DNA of 64,000 nt from Felis catus. Taxonomy: Eukaryota. The stretch covers positions 238,392,001 through 238,456,000 of the forward strand of contig NC_058368.1 in the NCBI RefSeq assembly GCF_018350175.1. The letters are read 5' to 3'. Position 1 is the stretch's first letter; each line of letters opens with the position of its first letter. A program made the translations under genes and the position numbers. A model generated the notes under the pieces. It was not told the DNA's origin. It saw nothing but the letters and a program-made list of their open reading frames with translations, and did not search any database. Of the stretch, positions 59,739 to 64,000 are shown piece by piece.

Positions 59739-61550
59739 GATGAAGGTTTCTGGCAAGATGAGGCGTCTCCGTGGCCCAGTCACCACCCGCCTCCACGTGG
59801 CCGTGCGCCCGCCGGCCTCAGGCCCATCCACAAGACTCGGGCTCGCCACCCTGCTCCTCCGTGGACAGCCCCGCGTGAGGGAGGCCGCGTGGCCGGGTGC
59901 CTGTCCCCGTCGCCCGGACCATCCTGGCTCGTTTCCACCACGGTCTCTGCCACGTCCCCGTTCGTGTCCCTTCTCGGCGGCTCGCCCGGCGGACGGGCCT
60001 CCACGTGCACGCGCGACACACGCTTGAGACCAGGGCGCGTCACGCGCGTTTCCATCCCAGCACAGACCGTCCGCCGACCTTGGGGGTCACAGGCTGGCTG
60101 GGCCGCATCTAATTTTAAACGTTTCTGTATCTGTGGGCGCTCGCGGGCGTTTTATAAACTTCGTTTAGATACTTCGGGAAGCTCACAGCGTTTTTTAAAA
60201 AAAAAAAAACAAAACTTGTTTTCTACTTCATTTTTCCTTTCAGGGCTAGAGGATATTTATTTACGGGCCGTTTTGTGATCAGGTCCGAGGCTGTGTGGGG
60301 CTTTGACTTCAGCCTCTTGCCGGCCTCTCTCCACCAGGTCCACCCGTGTCTGGGTCCCCCACACACGTGGCCCAGAGCTCCCATCTGCCTCTTTAACCCT
60401 TTTCAGACCCCTCTTTTCTACAGACGTTACCAGCCTGGTGTCTCCGTGTAACGGGACGTGATCTGCCTCCCCGTGCACACAGCGGCCTCAACGGTGGTGC
60501 TGGGCCGCCGGGGGGGCTGCATCCGGCTGAAGGGCCGGGCCCGCTGGGAAGCCGACCCTCGTCCCTGCTCCCGGTGCTGGGTCCCACGTGTGCAGGGGGA
60601 GGAGCTGTGGGGGAAGGGAACCGTGTGCAGACCGCGGGAGCCGGTGCCGGGGGGACAGCCCGTGCGGATGGCAGGAGGTCTGGGGAAGGCCGTCAGGCCT
60701 CTGGTGACCCCGAGGGGAGGAGCACAGCCTGCAGACGCAGGAAAGGGAAGGTTCCTGTCGCCTTCCCCCCCCCCCCCCCCCCCCGGAGCTCAGCCTGGAT
60801 CACTCCCTGGACACACAGCTGGAAACCTGTCCTTAAAGCACAACATAAACCCCGTGGTCTCCACTCCGTTCCCTGAAGCAAAGCCTCTGGGTTTGCCTGG
60901 GGGGAAAGTTCTTCTGAATTTCTAAGTAAGTTGTATTTTGTTCTTGGGCCTCTGTGTAGGAAGTGACCGCCAGGCCCGAAGTACAGGAAAAAGCGTTTGT
61001 AACCTCCCCAGGAGTTCTCGGTGCGCATTTCCATCCACGGCCACGGCCACGAGTGAAGGAAAAGCCCCCCGGCCTCGGCTGTGCCCCCTCCCCGACCACA
61101 CCAGCGTGACAGTGCCAGCTGGGCGCCCGCGGTGGCCAGACACAGCCTGGCGGTTCACGGCGATCAGTTATGTGACTGTAGATGCATACAGTTTTGTTTT
61201 TAAGAGAGAAAACGTACAAGTGACGGATGAAGGAGGTGAACAGACTAAGATATCCCGAGGGGAGGCCCCTCCCCGTCTGCGCATGAAGGGCTGTTTGAAC
61301 GGAATGCCGTGCGCGTTTTCAGGAAAAAAGCCTCTGATAAGCAGACTTGGGATGGATGTTTGTTCCTCCTGTGCTTCCGTGCGGCCTCGCACCTGCGGGC
61401 GTTCAGAACGTGGATATGGCTGGACCCCTTTTGTGGGAGGTGGGGACGGAGACGACGGGGCCCCGCGGGGACCGGGGGTCCGGGGTGGGCTCCGTGAAAC
61501 AGCTTTGGTCTCCACTGGAATGAATAAAGTGTAAAGTCGTACGTACCTGA
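59739..61550 (+). other. LPCAT1: LPCAT1 3' UTR (about 1.8 kb, inferred)
   Basis: Lies between the stop codon and the first downstream AATAAA I found; exact cleavage site unknown. Confidence 0.7.
61523..61528 (+). terminator. Polyadenylation signal AATAAA
   Basis: ggaatgAATAAAgtg followed by GT/T-rich sequence (ttgtcacgtgtcgttcttgatt) about 30 nt later. Confidence 0.75.
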
Positions 61551-64000
61551 GGACGCGCCTTGTCACGTGTCGTTCTTGATTGGAAACGCGACCGCAGACG
61601 GTTCTTGGGCCACGACCGAGAACCCGTCACGATGGGGTTTCTGGGGCATGTTTGGAAAGCCCCGGAATTGAAATTCTGTCGCAAACGCGCTCCTGCCGGC
61701 CGGGGGCAGCGGCTGACACCCCGGGGAACCCAAACGTGTGCGGCCGCCCGCCTGCCTGGTGGGTCGGTTCCTGGGATTTCGCAAACGCTCCGCGTGGCGC
61801 AGCCACGAGAAAGGGTCCGGCGCTCGGGCCTCTTCTCAAGGCCGTAAAGGGCTCAGAAGTGGAAGAAGAGAAACGGCCAGGTCACGACAGTCCCCAGAAG
61901 TAACCGCAACAAGACGGTTAAGTGGCCGCTCGCTCCAAGGACGGGGGAATGCGCCACGGCCCTGCTCGGTGTGACGCACCAGAGAAGCCGGCCCCGCCGG
62001 GTGGGCTGGGAGGGTGCGCCCCGAGGTGGCACTCACCCGTGAAACGGTTTTTACTTCTTTGCCCTGTTTCTTGTCGGAACTGGGTGTTGCCTCTCAAAGG
62101 GTTCAAGTCACATTCGAAGCCGGGGGCTTCCGGGTGTGGCGGGAAGCAGCAGCCGCCATGGGCTGTGGGAACCGTGGCGGTGACAACGGGGTGTGCCTAC
62201 CGCGGCCTCTGGGTACTCGGCACATTCACGTCCCCGCCGGGCACGGGCTTGACGGGGACGCGCACGCTCGGGAAGTCTCCATCAGGAACCGGGGGCAGAA
62301 GAGGCGTCTCCGCGGCCCCGGCCAAGCCCCTGCTGCGCCCCCCGGAGCCGCCGGTGGGAGAGCGCCAGACCCCTGGCCTCGGCTGGTGGAGCGGCGCTCC
62401 GAACGCTCGACGGGCACTGCCCGTCTGTCCCCTGTCCGCTCCCGCACACGCCTCCCGTCCGGGGTGCTGCCCCTGAGCCACCGCTCCAAACAGACGCGTT
62501 ACCTTCTCCCCGGGACTAACCCGCCCGCGGACCTTCGCGTCCAGTCCTGGGCAGCGTGAACGCGGACGCGGTCACCCCCCGAATGTTGTCTAACGGAACA
62601 CAGAGCTCACGTCCACCGCCGTTCACGTTCCCACCCACAGCACGGGGAGTCCACGGAGTGGGGGGAGTGAGTGAACGGCCAACCACCTGCGGCGTGTGCT
62701 CCGTCGCACAAGCACACGCCGGGCACGCGCACACACCAGGCCAGGAAGGCGTCCGCGTGGCCGCTTACGGGGTTTCCCACCCGCACGCACGTGGCCTTGG
62801 CTCCCGCCGTCCCCGGAAAGTGAGTGTCCTTACCTAGCCGAGCATCTCCGTCCCGAGGTATCTGGAGCCTTTATCAGCCAGGATCTTAGTGATGAAAGTG
62901 CCCAGAGGGCCACGGGGCTCCGCCCTCCCCGTCCTGGGGGCCACTGAGCTCAGTGCGGGGGAGGGGGGCGGTCAGCTGTGTCCCCAGGCGGTGGCGCTCC
63001 ATCCTTAGGAACCATGACCTCAAAGCGAAGGAGCCCAAAGCCGCGAAGAGAAGCGGAAGTGCGTGACCGGCCTCCCGGGAACGAGGGCATCCGGCAGGTC
63101 CCCCCCTCGCCCCGGGGGACAGGCCACTTGCAGACCTGGCGGTGTCTGGGCGGCGAGCCGGTCCGCCGGGCGGACGGCACAGGGAGGGGCGGGGAGTCTG
63201 CGCAGGAAACACGTCAGCGCTGCTCCCGCTTCCCTGGCCAGAGAACCACGCGCAGCTGGAATCGGCTTGGGGGGGGGTGGGGGGGGGTGGGGGGGGGGGG
63301 TCTGTCCGGAGGAGGCACCTGCCATGAGACAAAACCACACCAGCCCCCTTCCCCCCCCCCCCCCCCCCCCCCCGTTACTACCAGGTGTCAGAAGAGCCGC
63401 CGCCCTGCCTGGGTCACAGGAGTGTCTCCTGCTAGGAAACAGCCCTCGGGACACGCCCACATCACGGGTGCCGCCCCCGGCCGGGTCCTGGTGCCTCGGG
63501 GCTCCTTCGTCCAGCAAGGCCAGCTGCTTCCGGGCTGGGGGAGCTCGGTAAGAGCAGGGGTGCAAGCGCACGCCCGGGCTTCCTTTGGCAAAGCCCCGCC
63601 CCTAGTGTCGCACACGACACGCCGTGCGGAAGGAAGCCCCCGGTTCAGTGTGCGGACGGTGCTGGCAGAGGTGCCCAGGGTAGAGGAGACAAACGCATCC
63701 CTGGAAGGAGCGTATTCAAATGAGGACGCGGCCTCCCTCGGTGAAGGAGGATCCAGGGTGATCGGCCGAACTCCAGGGAGCGGCAGCACCTCGGGGGCCA
63801 CGTCCGGGACCTGCTTCTGTCAAGGGGGAACCAGCGTGACCACATCGGCCCGGGGGTTAGGGTTGACCAACTCTGCTTCCTCTCAGTCCCCTTCCAGGGC
63901 CGCCCTGTGCAGGTGTCCACACGCTGCGTTGGCTGGGAGAAGAGGCAGCCGCCGTCCACCCCGTGTGTCCTGCCCTGGACCGAGTTCCAGAGACCAGACC

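Larger units (their letters stand above)
14636..61550 (+). other. LPCAT1: LPCAT1 gene span (start codon to approximate polyA site), 14 coding exons, 533 aa
   Basis: Spliced translation MRLRARGPRVAPASGAG...HSSYFD...FPEGTCTNR...GRKPFRKKLD* matches recalled mammalian LPCAT1. Exon lengths 135,143,215,113,61,59,35,55,83,126,154,99,139,185 sum to 1602 nt, in frame, all GT-AG. Confidence 0.98.

Overview
GC-rich mammalian genomic DNA. The SINEC/CAN-SINE copies look felid/feliform-type, so the source is most likely a cat-family carnivore. The window holds one complete protein-coding gene, LPCAT1 (lysophosphatidylcholine acyltransferase 1), on the + strand. It has 14 coding exons from ATG 14636 to TAG 59738, all with GT-AG introns and consistent phases, summing to 1602 nt (533 aa plus stop). 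The protein carries the HxxxxD (HSSYFD) and FPEGT acyltransferase motifs, EF-hand loops and a C-terminal KKLD ER-retrieval signal. There is a CpG-island promoter and an AATAAA at 61523. The rest is intergenic or intronic DNA with seven CAN-SINEs, MLT1-type LTRs, old L1/MIR fragments and many large minisatellites. Nearly all ORFs in the supplied track are artefacts of GC content or repeats. I do not see a new multi-gene biological system. The most unusual structure is splicing-related: (i) a ~2.2 kb VNTR made of roughly 80 near-copies of the exon 3 splice donor, starting right behind that donor; (ii) inverted SINEs around in-frame exon 12; (iii) a candidate in-frame 42-nt extra exon in intron 1; (iv) intron 1 VNTRs that form arrays of E-box and MRE-like motifs. 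Comparisons with human or mouse LPCAT1 are from memory and need alignment to confirm.
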